64,000 nucleotides of DNA from an uncultured archaeon (lineage in GTDB: Archaea; Thermoproteota; Nitrososphaeria; Nitrososphaerales; Gagatemarchaeaceae): NCBI GenBank assembly GCA_963783755.1, contig CAWAOY010000003.1, forward strand, positions 42,608-106,607. Reading direction: 5' to 3'. The first letter of the stretch is position 1. Every line of letters begins with the position of its first letter. The notes under the pieces were generated by a model. That model was given only the letters and a program-made list of their open reading frames with translations, was not told where the DNA came from and made no database searches. Both the position numbers and the translations under genes were made by a program. Below, one piece after another: positions 42,126 through 53,687 of this stretch.

Positions 42126-44873
42126 TCATCCGGAAAGCCGGTTCAGCACGTAGGAAAGGACGCCTCCGCTCTCGAAGTAGCCCATTTCGGCCGTGTTGTC
42201 GATCCTAGCCTTTAGCTTGAACTTGACCTCCCTCCCTGCCGACCTCGCCGTCGCGTCGAGGGTCGCGCCCGGCTTGAGTCCCTTCATCCCGGTGATCTCG
42301 AAGACCTCGTCTCCCTTCAGGCCCAGCGCCTTCGCCCCCTCCCCTGGCGCGAATTCTAGGGGAAGGACGCCCATGGCGACGAGGTTGCTCCTGTGGATCC
42401 TCTCGAAGCTCTCGGCGATCACCGCCTTCACCCCGAGGAGCTTAGGCGCCTTCGCGGCCCAGTCGCGGGAACTCCCTCCGCCATACTGCTTCCCCGCGAT
42501 GACCACGAGTGGGACTCCTTTCTCCTGGTACCTCACAGAGGCATCGTAGATGGAGACTATCTCGCCGCTGGGGAAGTGCTTGGTGTAGCCGCCGACCTTC
42601 CCGTCCGCGAGTAGGTTCTTGAGGCGCACGTTGCTGAAGCCGCCCCTCACCATGACCTCGTGGTTCCCCCTCCTGCTCCCATAGGTGCTGAAGTGGACGT
42701 AGTCGACGCCGTGCTCTTGCAGGTACCTTGCCGCAGGGCTGTCGACCTGTATCGCGCCGGCCGGCGAGATGTGGTCCGTGGTTATCTTGTCTTCGAGGAG
42801 CGCGAGAACGCGCGCGTCCACGATGTCGTCGTGCGCAAGCTTCTTGGGGTCCCTCTCCTTGGACGTGAACCATGGTGGGTTCCTGACGTACGTCGACGAG
42901 TCGTCCCATGGGAAGGTCGCGCTCGACCTCGCCGAGAGCATTCCCCACTTCTCGTCGCCGACCAGCGCCTCGGCGTACCTCTTCTTGTAGAGGTCGCGGC
43001 TCAGGGACTTCTCCGCCACCTCCTTGATCTCCTTGAGGCTAGGCCAGAGGTCCTTCAGGTACACCGGCTTGCCATCGTCCCTTCCCGTGCCGAGCGGCTG
43101 CTTGAAGAAGTCAAAGTCGATGTTCCCGGCGAGGGCGTAGGCCACGACGAGCATCGGGGACATCAGGAAGGCTCCCTTGGCGAGAGGGTTGATGCGCCCG
43201 TCGAAGTTCCTGTTGCCGCTCAGCGCGGCAACGACGTAGAGCTCGTTGTCCGTGATCGCCGTCTCGACGGCAGGCGAGAGCGGGCCACTGTTGCCGATGC
43301 AGGTCGTGCACCCGTACCCGACGAGGTAGAAGCCGAGCTGGTCGAGGTAGGTCAGGAGCCCCGACCCATCGAGGTAGTCCTTCACGACCGTGGAGCCGGG
43401 GGCGAGGCTGCACTTGACGAACGGCTTGGGCGCGAGGCCTTTCCGGACCGCGTTGCGCGCCAGCAGGGCGGCCCCGATCATCACCGTGGGGTTCGAGGTG
43501 TTGGTGCAGCTCGTGATAGCGGCTATGATCACCGAGCCGTCGGAGAGCCCTTCGGCGCTCTGCCTGGGCACCTCCTGGTGAAGCATTAGCTGGCCTTCGA
43601 GCTGTGCCGCCCCGCCGCCTCCGGGGGGCCGAGCCGCGCCGGGATTGGTCGCCGCCCTCCGCGCCTTCGCCTGTTCAGCGGCCAGAGACCTCGCCAAGGA
43701 GGGGACGTCCCTCAGGGCACGCCTCTCCTCTGGATTCCTCGGGCCTGCGACCGAAGGCTCGATCTTGGCCATGTCCACCTCCAGGACCTCCGAGTAGCGG
43801 GGGTCGAGCGACTCGGGAGTGAGGAAGAGGCCCTGCAGCCTGCAGTACTCTTCAACCATCTTGACGAGCGCCTCCTCCCTGCCCGTGTCGAAGAGGTAGC
43901 GCATGGTGGCCTTGTCCACCGGCGAGAACCCGACGGTGGCGCCGTACTCGGGGGACATGTTCCCCAGAGTCGCCCGGTCTGGGACAGAGAGCCGCAAGTA
44001 CCCCTCTCCGAAATACTCGACGAAGGCGTCGACCACGTTCTTGCTCCTCAGGAGCTCCGTGACAGCGAGGACGAGGTCGGTGGTGGTCGCCCCCTCCTGG
44101 AGCTCCCCCTTGAGCCTCACCCCTACGACCCGGGGGATTGGGATGTGACAAGGCTCGCCCAGCATGGCAGCCTCGGCCTCCATCCCACCGACCCCCCAGC
44201 CCAGGACTCCCAGGCCGTTGACCATCGGCGTGTGGGAGTCTGTCCCGACGACCGTGTCGGGACAGGCGAAGCGCCTCCCGTCCCTCTCGCCCACGGCCAC
44301 GACCGTCGAGAGGTACTCGAGGTTTACCTGATGGCAGATCCCCTTGCCCGGAGGGAAGACCCGCATGTTCTTGAAAGAATCCTGAGCCCACTTTAACAGG
44401 GCATACCTCTCGGAGTTCCTCTCGTATTCCTTCTCGATGTTGTACTCGAAGGCAGCGGCGCTCCCCCACCCGTCCACCTGGACGGAGTGGTCGATGACCA
44501 GGTCGAGCGGCGCGATTGAGTTGATCCTGCCAGGGTCCTTGCCCCTCCTCGAAATCTCGTCCCTCATGGCGGCGAGGTCCACTATCAGGGGGACGCCCGT
44601 GTAGTCTTGGAGGAGGACCCTGTAAGGGACGAATGGGAACTCCGAGCCTACGCTCCTCGGCCACTCGAGGAGCCGGTTGGCAGCCTCGCTCGCGCCCTCC
44701 ACGGTCTTCGAGTGCCGGATGGCGTTCTCGAGGAGTATCTTTATCGAGTATGGGAGGCGGCTAATGTCGTGCCCCCTCTCGGAGACCTTCCTCAGGTTGT
44801 AAAAGTCCGCCCTGCCCTTGTAGGTCTCGAGCCTGTCAACGGCAAAATCGAAGGACCTCTCGCCGCCCGTCAT
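42126..44873 (-). CDS. acnA: aconitate hydratase (AcnA/IRP type), intact 915 aa
   Basis: Text: RLPYSIKILLENAIR, LLQDYTGVPLIVDLAAMRD, DLVIDHSVQVD, ICHQVNLEYL, VVGTDSHTPMVNGLG, TSCTNTSNP, GCTTCIGNSGPL (Fe-S cysteines), SGNRNFDGRI, AGKQYGGGSSRDWAA, ERIHRSNLVAMGVLPL. Confidence 0.97.
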   Translation of the reverse strand: MTGGERSFDFAVDRLETYKGRADFYNLRKVSERGHDISRLPYSIKILLENAIRHSKTVEGASEAANRLLEWPRSVGSEFPFVPYRVLLQDYTGVPLIVDLAAMRDEISRRGKDPGRINSIAPLDLVIDHSVQVDGWGSAAAFEYNIEKEYERNSERYALLKWAQDSFKNMRVFPPGKGICHQVNLEYLSTVVAVGERDGRRFACPDTVVGTDSHTPMVNGLGVLGWGVGGMEAEAAMLGEPCHIPIPRVVGVRLKGELQEGATTTDLVLAVTELLRSKNVVDAFVEYFGEGYLRLSVPDRATLGNMSPEYGATVGFSPVDKATMRYLFDTGREEALVKMVEEYCRLQGLFLTPESLDPRYSEVLEVDMAKIEPSVAGPRNPEERRALRDVPSLARSLAAEQAKARRAATNPGAARPPGGGGAAQLEGQLMLHQEVPRQSAEGLSDGSVIIAAITSCTNTSNPTVMIGAALLARNAVRKGLAPKPFVKCSLAPGSTVVKDYLDGSGLLTYLDQLGFYLVGYGCTTCIGNSGPLSPAVETAITDNELYVVAALSGNRNFDGRINPLAKGAFLMSPMLVVAYALAGNIDFDFFKQPLGTGRDDGKPVYLKDLWPSLKEIKEVAEKSLSRDLYKKRYAEALVGDEKWGMLSARSSATFPWDDSSTYVRNPPWFTSKERDPKKLAHDDIVDARVLALLEDKITTDHISPAGAIQVDSPAARYLQEHGVDYVHFSTYGSRRGNHEVMVRGGFSNVRLKNLLADGKVGGYTKHFPSGEIVSIYDASVRYQEKGVPLVVIAGKQYGGGSSRDWAAKAPKLLGVKAVIAESFERIHRSNLVAMGVLPLEFAPGEGAKALGLKGDEVFEITGMKGLKPGATLDATARSAGREVKFKLKARIDNTAEMGYFESGGVLSYVLNRLSG

Positions 44874-44892
44874 GAAAATCCCGGGCCGACCG

Positions 44893-44962
44893 GGAGTATT
44901 TAACGCGTGAGCCGAGCGCGTCGACCCTTTCCGTGCCTCCTGTGTCTAATCCTTTTATTTCC
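44893..44962. promoter_or_regulatory. divergent promoter region with two TATA-like boxes, each 23-30 nt from its ATG (suggesting leaderless or short-leader mRNAs)
   Basis: TTAAATA (minus strand, 44897-44903) lies 24-30 nt upstream of the acnA ATG at 44873. TTTTATTT (44953-44960) lies 23-30 nt upstream of the ATG at 44983. Assignment rests on position and composition only. Confidence 0.3.
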
Positions 44963-44982
44963 TCGAAAAGGCGCAGAGGGCC

Positions 44983-45300
44983 ATGGCCGGCGGAGACTGG
45001 GAAGTCAGGGGGCTCTTCGGAAACGAGTATGCGCTTGAGCGCGCGGTGGACGAGATCAAGAAGATGGACAAGGCGCCTGAGTTCGCGGTCCTCGACCGGA
45101 GGAACCTCAAGGTCGTCCTTTCCAAGAACGATTCCGAGACGAAGATGCTCGTAAGGAACATCATCACGATAGCACATGGCTTCGTGGAGAGCGACGCCCC
45201 CCTCGGCGCGTTCGACAAGATGAAGGCCGAGCAGAAGGCCAAGAAGCTCAAGGCCGCGGAAGAGAAGAGGAAGAGGGAAAGGGCGAACGCCCAGCACTAG
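44983..45300 (+). CDS. hypothetical protein (105 aa) with a Lys/Glu-rich tail
   Basis: ATG-initiated ORF with ordinary composition: MAGGDWEVRGLFGNEYALERAVDEIKKMDKAPEFAVLDRRNLKVVL...KAEQKAKKLKAAEEKRKRE. No family recognised. Its stop overlaps the kdpC stop (convergent). Confidence 0.45.
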   Translation: MAGGDWEVRGLFGNEYALERAVDEIKKMDKAPEFAVLDRRNLKVVLSKNDSETKMLVRNIITIAHGFVESDAPLGAFDKMKAEQKAKKLKAAEEKRKRERANAQH

Positions 45301-45771
45301 GCCGTATAGTTCGCGTAGACCGCGGGGAACTGCCCTATCAGGACTAGGTTCACCTTCTGGGCGTTCACGTACGGGCTGCCGAACACCCACCAAACCCCCT
45401 CGACGTTTTGGTTGACGATCCCCTGAAGCGTCGAGGCCGGTATCCCCGTGGCGTTGCTTATTCCTGGGATCTGGGATAGGGCGTCCTGAAGCGTGATGTC
45501 GGGGTCGAACCCGGAGGCCGAGTCGTTCCTGAGGTGGAAGAAGACGGGCTGCGTGTAGTCGGTCGAGTTGACCGCGATCACCGAGCCCACCGTGTGTCCG
45601 TTGAGGGAGGCGAGCTCGCCGTTGGCCTGGTAGGGGAAGGCGAGCTGAGCCACTCCCGTCACCACGAGCGGGAAGAGTAGTGCCGCAGAGCAAGAGCGAG
45701 ACCACGGCGACGGCGACTATCGGCCTCAGGTGGCTTGACTTCTTGTTCTGGTTCTTGTTCGATTCTGCCAT
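45297..45771 (-). CDS. kdpC: potassium-transporting ATPase subunit C, 1 frameshift near 45665
   Basis: N-terminal TM segment (HLRPIVAVAVVSLLLCGTTLP), then VVTGVAQLAFPYQANGEL...SASGFDPDITLQDALSQIPGISNATGIP...GSPYVNAQKVNLVL, matching the KdpC pattern SGLDPHIS...A..Q..R. Confidence 0.8.
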
Positions 45772-45781
45772 TCTTTTTCAC

Positions 45782-47895
45782 CTATAGGGCCGAGATCAGC
45801 AGGTCGATGAGCTTGATTCCCGCGAACGGGACGACGACGCCCCCTATGCCGTAGATCATGACGTTCCTCAGGAAGATGGTCATGGTGTCCGCGGGCTTGA
45901 AGGCGACGCCCCTCATCGCGAGCGGGATCAGGAGCGGTATGATGATGGCGTTGAATATCAGCGCCGAGAGGACAGCCGTGTGCAGCCCCAGCCCGAGGAT
46001 GTTCAGGGCCTCGAGCTGCGGGATGGTCGAGGCGAAGAGCACGGGCATGATCGCGAAGTACTTCGCGACGTCGTTGGCGATGCTGAAGGCGGTGACCGCG
46101 CCGCGCGTCATGAGGAGCTGCTTCCCCAGCATGACGACGTCGATTATCTTCGCGGGGTTCGACTCCAGGTCCACCATGTTCGCGGCCTCCTTCGCAGCCT
46201 CCGTCCCCGAGTTCATGGCCAGTCCCACGTCGGCCACGGCTAGCGCCGGGGCGTCGTTAGTCCCGTCCCCTATCATGGCGACGATCCTCGACTGGGCCTG
46301 CTCCTTCTTCACGATCTCGAACTTGTCCTCTGGCTTCGCGCGTGGGACGTACTCCGTCGATCCCGACCTCCGCCGCGATCGATCTTTGCAGTCAGTGGCT
46401 GGTCGCCGGTTATCATCACCGGCCGGATGCCCAAGGTCTTCACGGCCTGAATCTTCTCCTTGATCCCCTCCTTCATCACGTCCTTCAGCCTGATTATCCC
46501 GATCGCCTCGCCGTTGCGGGCAATCGCCATCGGGCGTCTCTCCGGCTGACGCGATGGTGTTCACCGTCGGGTCGAAGTCGGCGGGGACCGACGCCTACCG
46601 AGCCCTTTATCGCGTCGGGGGCGCCCTTGGTGATGTCGAGCTCGCCCCGGAGCCGTTCTCCTCGCTCCCGCTCGCGTACTTCCGGCTGAACCTCATCCTC
46701 GCCTCTCCCGACTTGTCGGCCTTTGCGGGGACGAAGCCCATCCCTCGCATAATCTTCACTCCGCTCGTCCGGGTGCTCGCAGAGAACTCCTGGAACTCGG
46801 AGAGCGCGAGCGTGTTGAGCTCTCGGGGCACGAAGCCCCGCTCGTAGGCCAGGCTGATGATGCTCCGGCCCTCAGGAGTGTCGTCGTTCCACGAGGAGAG
46901 GAATGCCGCCTCGCCCACCTCCCTCTCGGTGTGCCCTGCTAACGGGAGGAACTCGATCGCCCGCCTGTTCCCCACTGTGATGGTGCCCGTCTTGTCGAGG
47001 AGGATGACGTCGGCGTCCCCAGCGGTCTCGATCGCCTTGCCCGACTTTGCGACGATCTTCCGTGCAGGTAGAGCCTGGATATCCCCGAGAGGCCGATGGC
47101 GGGAAGGAGGGCGCCGATCGTGGTCGGGAGGAGGCAGACATAGAGCGCGATCAGGACGGAGAGGTCTGCGCCCAGGTCGAGCGTGATTGAGAGGCCGAGG
47201 AGTGACCCGATGATGATGGTGAAGATCGCGGTCAGCCCGATGAGGACCATCGTCACTGCCTGCTCGTTCGGCGTCTTCGGCCTCTTCGAGGACTCGACCA
47301 TCCTGATCATCTGGTCGACATAGGTCTCGCCCGGGTTGGCCGTGACCCTCGCCGTCAGGGTGTCGCTCACCACCCGCGAACCGCCGATCAGAGCGTCGCC
47401 CGGAGCCTTCTTGACCGGGGCGGACTCGCCGGTCAGGAGCGACTCGTCGACCATCGCGATGCCCTCCAGCACCTCGGCGTCCATCGGGACGAGGTCGTCC
47501 TTCTCCAGCAGGATGAGGTCGCCCTTCCGGAGGTCCTTCGAGGACGTCTGCGATTATCGTCCTGAGTCCATCCTGTCCCTTACCACCTTCTTGCTGGGGA
47601 CTTCGGTCTCGAGCTTCCTGAGGCTGCTCGCGGTGTTCTTCGCCTGCTGCTCGGCGAGCGAGTCGGAGAGGGTGCTGAACCAGACCGTGATGAGGAGTAT
47701 GATGGCGATCTCGACGTAGAAGAGCCTCTCGCTCGGCGCTGGCGACGGAGACGAAGCCTTGCGGGTAGACGGCCATCGCAGCGACGATGAAGAAGGTGAT
47801 CTCGACGATCAGCATCACAGGGTTCGAGACCAGCCGGGATCGGGCTGAGCCTGACCACGGAGTCAGCAAGGACCTTGCCCCGAGACGATGGACAT
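45782..47895 (-). CDS. kdpB: potassium-transporting P-type ATPase subunit B, at least 7 frameshifts
   Basis: Text: [114 protein letters not shown] (phosphorylation site), [86 protein letters not shown]. Confidence 0.93.
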
Positions 47896-47947
47896 TTGAC
47901 GGCGGCGGCTGACTACCTCTGGCGCCCCGCCGCCCTTCGCGCTCTCG

Positions 47948-49612
47948 CTACCCAAGGCCATTCACGTTCCCCTGGAAGTACGAGAGTATCGGCCCGAGCG
48001 CCAAGAACGGGAGGAAGGTCAGCACGACGAGGATGAGGATGCTCCCGACGAGCACCAGCGAGAAGGTGAGGCTGTCGGTCTTCAGGCCTCCGGCCTCGTT
48101 GCTCCTCTTCCTGCCTATCACCGAGCCTGCGAGCGCGAGCATCAGCCCTATGGGGGCGTATCGCCCGATGAATATGACCGCGGCCGTCGAGACGTTGAAG
48201 AACAGGGTGTTCCCCGACGCGCCGAGGAAGTCCGAGCCGTTGTTCGCGGCGGCGGTGGTGAACTCGTAGAGCACTTGCGTGAACCCGATGGAATTGCCGG
48301 ACAGCCCGATGGCCGCTGCGGCTCCCGAGGCGTATGCAAGGATCGTCGGGACGAGTATTATGATCGGATGAATCAGGAACGCCACAAGGACGATCTTCAC
48401 ATCGCGCGAGTTGATCTTGATGCCCAGATACTCGGGGGTTCTGCCGGACATCAGCCCGACTATGAAGACGGTGATGACGATGTACATGATCATGTAGGCA
48501 AGACCGACCCCCTTTCCTCCGGGGGTCGACTGGATCAGCATCCCCATGAACCCCCCGAGGATCACCAGGGGGTGCATCCCGGAGAGCGCGGAGTTGACCG
48601 ACCCGGTCGTGACAGCCGTCGTCACCACCGTCCAGAAGGCGGACATGAAGCCGCCGAATCCTGGTCTCCATGCCCGGGCCCACTTGGGGCATCTGGGGAT
48701 GAACGCAATCGCTAGGTCGATGATGAAGAGCAGGTAGGCGCCGATGAGCACGGGCCTCGACTCGCGCTTCTTGCCCGAGCAGCTGGCCGAAGACGAAGAC
48801 GAGGGCCGTCGGAAGGAGGAGCATCAGGCAGATCTCGAGGATGTCCGACTGCGGGCTGGGGTTCATGAAGGGATGGCGGAGTTCGCCCCGTAGTATCCGC
48901 CTCCGTTCGTCCCCAGCTGCATGATCGAGACGAGCGAGGCCACAGGCCCCACGAGGACCGAGCCGGTGCCGCCCCTTCGACGGTCTTGATCGGGACATAC
49001 CCGCCGATGGTCTGGGGGACCCCCATCCAGACGAGGATCAGCGCGGCCACGAAGCAGAAGGGGATCAGGAGCCTAGTGAGCGACCTGACGAAGTCGACGT
49101 AGAAGTTCCCCATGTCCTTCGCCCCGATCGACAGCCCGCGCACCATCGCGACCCCCATGCAGATGCCCGTCGCGGCGGAGGTGAACTGGAGGAACTGGAT
49201 CGCGCCCATCTGGCTGAGGTACGAGAGGGTCGTCTCGCCGTTGTAGTGCTGTAGGTTGGTGTTGGTCGCGAACGAGACCACCGTGTTGAGCGCGAGGTCC
49301 CAGTCAGCCCCCCGAAGCCCATCGGGTTCAGGGGGAGCGCTCCTTGGAGGGTGAGGATGGCGAAGGCGATCGCCATCTGGACGATGTTGACGAGCAGGGC
49401 GCGCGAAGAAGTACTCCTTCCAGCCCATCCCGTGGGCGGGGTCGGTCCCCGTCAGCCTGTAGATCCCGTTCTCGATCGGGTTCGAGGAACCGGTCCAGGC
49501 GGCTCGGGGCCTTCGTGTAGATGCCGGTGATGAAGGGCGAGATGAGCCACGCTACGGCCATGGTGCCTCCGAGAATAAGGAATACAGTGACTAGTTGTGG
49601 TATGTCTATCAT
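47948..49612 (-). CDS. kdpA: potassium-transporting ATPase subunit A, about 4 frameshifts
   Basis: Text: MIDIPQLVTVFLILGGTMAVAWLISPFITGIY, NTVVSFATNTNLQHYNGETTLSYLSQMGAIQFLQFTSAATG, GPVASLVSIMQLGTNGGGY (other frame), NSALSGMHPLVILGGFMGMLIQSTPGGKG, GRTPEYLGIKI, YEFTTAAANNGS. The end is LALGPILSYFQGNV. No kdpF-like mini-ORF was recognised upstream. Confidence 0.9.
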
Positions 49613-49661
49613 TTTCTTTCACATTGTCATCCCATGCAGGCGAGACCGCCTGCGGTCCCGC

Positions 49662-49973
49662 CTACTGACGCGATGGCTTGGCTTTCTGCGGCTCGCTGAC
49701 CTTGTCCTGCTCGTCGAGGCACCGGGGACCCTTGTAGGCCTTCAGGACGACGGAGCTCACGGTGCTCTTGACGCCCTTGATCTTCATGATCTTGTTCTTC
49801 AGGACGTCCCTGAACTCTTCGATGTCCTTGGCGGAGAGGAGGGTCACGATGTCGAACTCGCCCGTCACCTCGTAGAGCTCCTCGAGGTTCTCGAGCTTGA
49901 TCAGAGACTGCACTACGTCGTCCATCAGGGACGACTCCACGAAGATGTCCACGAACGCTAGAAATCGGGCCAA
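49662..49973 (-). CDS. stand-alone Lrp/AsnC-type ligand-binding (RAM) domain protein, no HTH
   Basis: Intact 103-aa ORF. Text: AFVDIFVESSLMDDVVQSLIKLENLEELYEVTGEFDIVTLLSAKDIEEFRDVLKNKIMKIKGVKSTVSSVVLKAY. TTG start. It lies 50 nt upstream of kdpA on the same strand. Confidence 0.7.
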   Translation of the reverse strand: MARFLAFVDIFVESSLMDDVVQSLIKLENLEELYEVTGEFDIVTLLSAKDIEEFRDVLKNKIMKIKGVKSTVSSVVLKAYKGPRCLDEQDKVSEPQKAKPSRQ

Positions 49974-50001
49974 CTTATTGCACGGTGATTTTCCAGCCCT
50001 T

Positions 50002-50048
50002 CGACGATTGTCTTATAAGGATTGCTGAGGAGCATACGACGATTGTCT
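50002..50048. promoter_or_regulatory. two perfect 12-nt direct repeats CGACGATTGTCT, 35 nt apart, flanking or overlapping a TATA-like CTTATAAG box upstream of the RAM-kdp genes
   Basis: Read directly at 50002-50013 and 50037-50048. Each is followed by (TAT)AAGG. TCTTATAAGG (50011-50020) lies about 40 nt upstream of the start at 49973. Confidence 0.35.
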
Positions 50049-50161
50049 AAGGTCGTGCAGGGAAAGAATCGACTCTTGCAGTAAGCACGCCGCGTCTCGT
50101 CCCGGGAGTCGCCAATCCGGCGCTCTCCTGCGATTCGCCGCAGGCTCTCGGCCTGTCGGGG

Positions 50162-52329
<2,168 letters not shown>

Positions 52330-52458
52330 TTCGACGCCTCCCCTAGGTCCGATTTGTTATAATCCCTTCGAGGGCTGCGGCGAGACGCCGCTCGGGCGCG
52401 AAGAGTGGGCCGGCGCAAAACTGTTAAGCGGAACTCAGGGCGGTTGGGGCGCAGGTGC

Positions 52459-52543
52459 GCGGGGGTCGCCAAGCCTGGTCAACGGCGTGGGGCTTAGGAC
52501 CCCATCCCTTAGGGGTTCGTGGGTTCGAATCCCACCCCCCGCA
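52459..52543 (+). tRNA. tRNA-Leu, anticodon TAG, class II (long variable arm), no encoded CCA
   Basis: Folded by hand. Acceptor GCGGGGG/CCCCCGC; D arm GCC-AAGCCTGGTCAAC-GGC; anticodon arm TGGGG-CTTAGGA-CCCCA; variable arm TCCCTTAGGGGTTC (CCC/GGG stem); T arm GTGGG-TTCGAAT-CCCAC; discriminator A. Confidence 0.9.
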
Positions 52544-52649
52544 CACATTTTGGGCGGAAATCCCTGATCATTCAGAATTTCGAGTCCATCTTGCAAAGGT
52601 TGTTCAACGTGCTATTCTTCTCGATTGAACAGTTGTATCCTTTAGCACG

Positions 52650-52907
52650 ATGTCCATCGATGAACTAGCATCAAGAGCAACCCCCTCCTATCGTGAATTC
52701 AGAAGATTGACCGCACATTGTCCTAAATATGGTGGAGGCATGATTCTCAAAATTGCCTCAAATCCAGCGAGACATGGTGGAAGAAAATTGAGCATAATAC
52801 TGAGTTGTAGCGAGAACTGCGATAGACAAATTTGGAATTCCGATGCAGACGAAACGGAGCTTACCCATTGGTGGCTCGATGGCTCAAGGAACCTTGTACG
52901 CCCGTGA
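52650..52907 (+). CDS. hypothetical protein (85 aa), possibly Cys-cluster / zinc-binding
   Basis: ATG ORF in low-GC DNA: ...RRLTAHCPKYGGGMILKIASNPARHGGRKLSIILSCSENCDRQIW... No family recognised. Confidence 0.3.
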   Translation: MSIDELASRATPSYREFRRLTAHCPKYGGGMILKIASNPARHGGRKLSIILSCSENCDRQIWNSDADETELTHWWLDGSRNLVRP

Positions 52908-53229
52908 AGTCTATCAATACGACAGACCGCCTTCCGACCACCTAAGCGTCGTGCCCAGAGGGGAGGTCAATCATATCTCCAGCACCGACCTTCCACTTTG
53001 GTCCATCATCCATCACCCCAGCCATTTGACCCGAGAGCACATACCCGACGTGATGGGCTTGGCAACTTTCTGTTTTGGCAATCGGCTTAACACATTCAGA
53101 CCACTCCAGCCAGCATAGTAAGTGCCCCGTCCAATCGTGAAGTACACCGACCTTAACGATTTCGAGCTTACCGTTGGGGAACTTTCTCGTCTCATCTGGA
53201 GTCTTTGCATTCTTCTTGCTTACGGCCAA
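52861..53229 (-). pseudogene. cupin-domain protein interrupted by an in-frame TAG at the position of a conserved Trp
   Basis: ORF 52942..53229 ends ...VGAGDMIDLPSGHDA-TAG. The same frame continues VVGRRSVVLIDFTGVQGS... to TAA at 52861-52863. Cupins of this type read GHDAWVVG...V.IDF, so GCT-TAG-GTG looks like TGG mutated to TAG. Confidence 0.6.
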
Positions 53230-53340
53230 TTTCTAACCTCCACTTTCCTTCTGCGATTCATATAAGCGTTATTTCACGAGAGATTCTGACCCAGCATTGG
53301 GAACACAAGCGATAAAAGATTGACTTGTTGAGCAAACGTC

Positions 53341-53592
53341 ATGCCAAGATACATCGATGTGCACAAGAACGTAAAAGGGGTCAAACTGAACGACGTGGCC
53401 GAGGCGCACGCCAAAGACCTCAAGGTGCAAGGAAAGTATGGGGTCAAATTCCAGAAATACTGGCTTGACGAAAAAGAGGGAACCATATTCTGCCTCTCTG
53501 ACGCACCAAACAAAGAAGCGATATCAAAGGCACACAAGGAAGCCCACGGTCTGCTGCCTCAAGAAACTTTTGAGGTTCAAGAAGGCAGCTAG
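53341..53592 (+). CDS. DUF4242-like small protein (83 aa)
   Basis: Text: MPRYIDVHKNVKGVKLNDVAEAHAKDLKVQGKYGVKFQKYWLDEKEGTIFCLSDAPNKEAISKAHKEAHGLLPQETFEVQ. It fits the remembered DUF4242 pattern (MPxYM..H...G.T...VA.AH..DL.VQ...GV....YW.D...G..FCL..AP......V H.EAHGL). Confidence 0.5.
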   Translation: MPRYIDVHKNVKGVKLNDVAEAHAKDLKVQGKYGVKFQKYWLDEKEGTIFCLSDAPNKEAISKAHKEAHGLLPQETFEVQEGS

Positions 53593-53658
53593 ACGCCCCA
53601 CACTTTCTTTTCTCAGACCGAACCACCAAGCATTTCCACCCAACATGCTTGGTCATCG

Positions 53659-53681
53659 TCCCACCCCCCCGCACACCTTTT
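53659..53681 (+). repeat. direct copy of the tRNA-Leu 3' end (att-like core)
   Basis: TCCCACCCCCCCGCACACCTTTT here, against TCCCACCCCCCGCACACATTTT at 52530-52550 in the tRNA and its flank. One extra C in the C-tract and one substitution downstream. Confidence 0.75.
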
Positions 53682-53687
53682 GACCTC

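Noticed and set aside
52942-52944. The in-frame TAG in the cupin gene as a pyrrolysine or read-through codon.
   Set aside because: The aligned position is a conserved Trp (GHDAW) and the change is a single TGG-to-TAG transition. There is no PYLIS-like context and no pyl genes in the window. A nonsense mutation is simpler.
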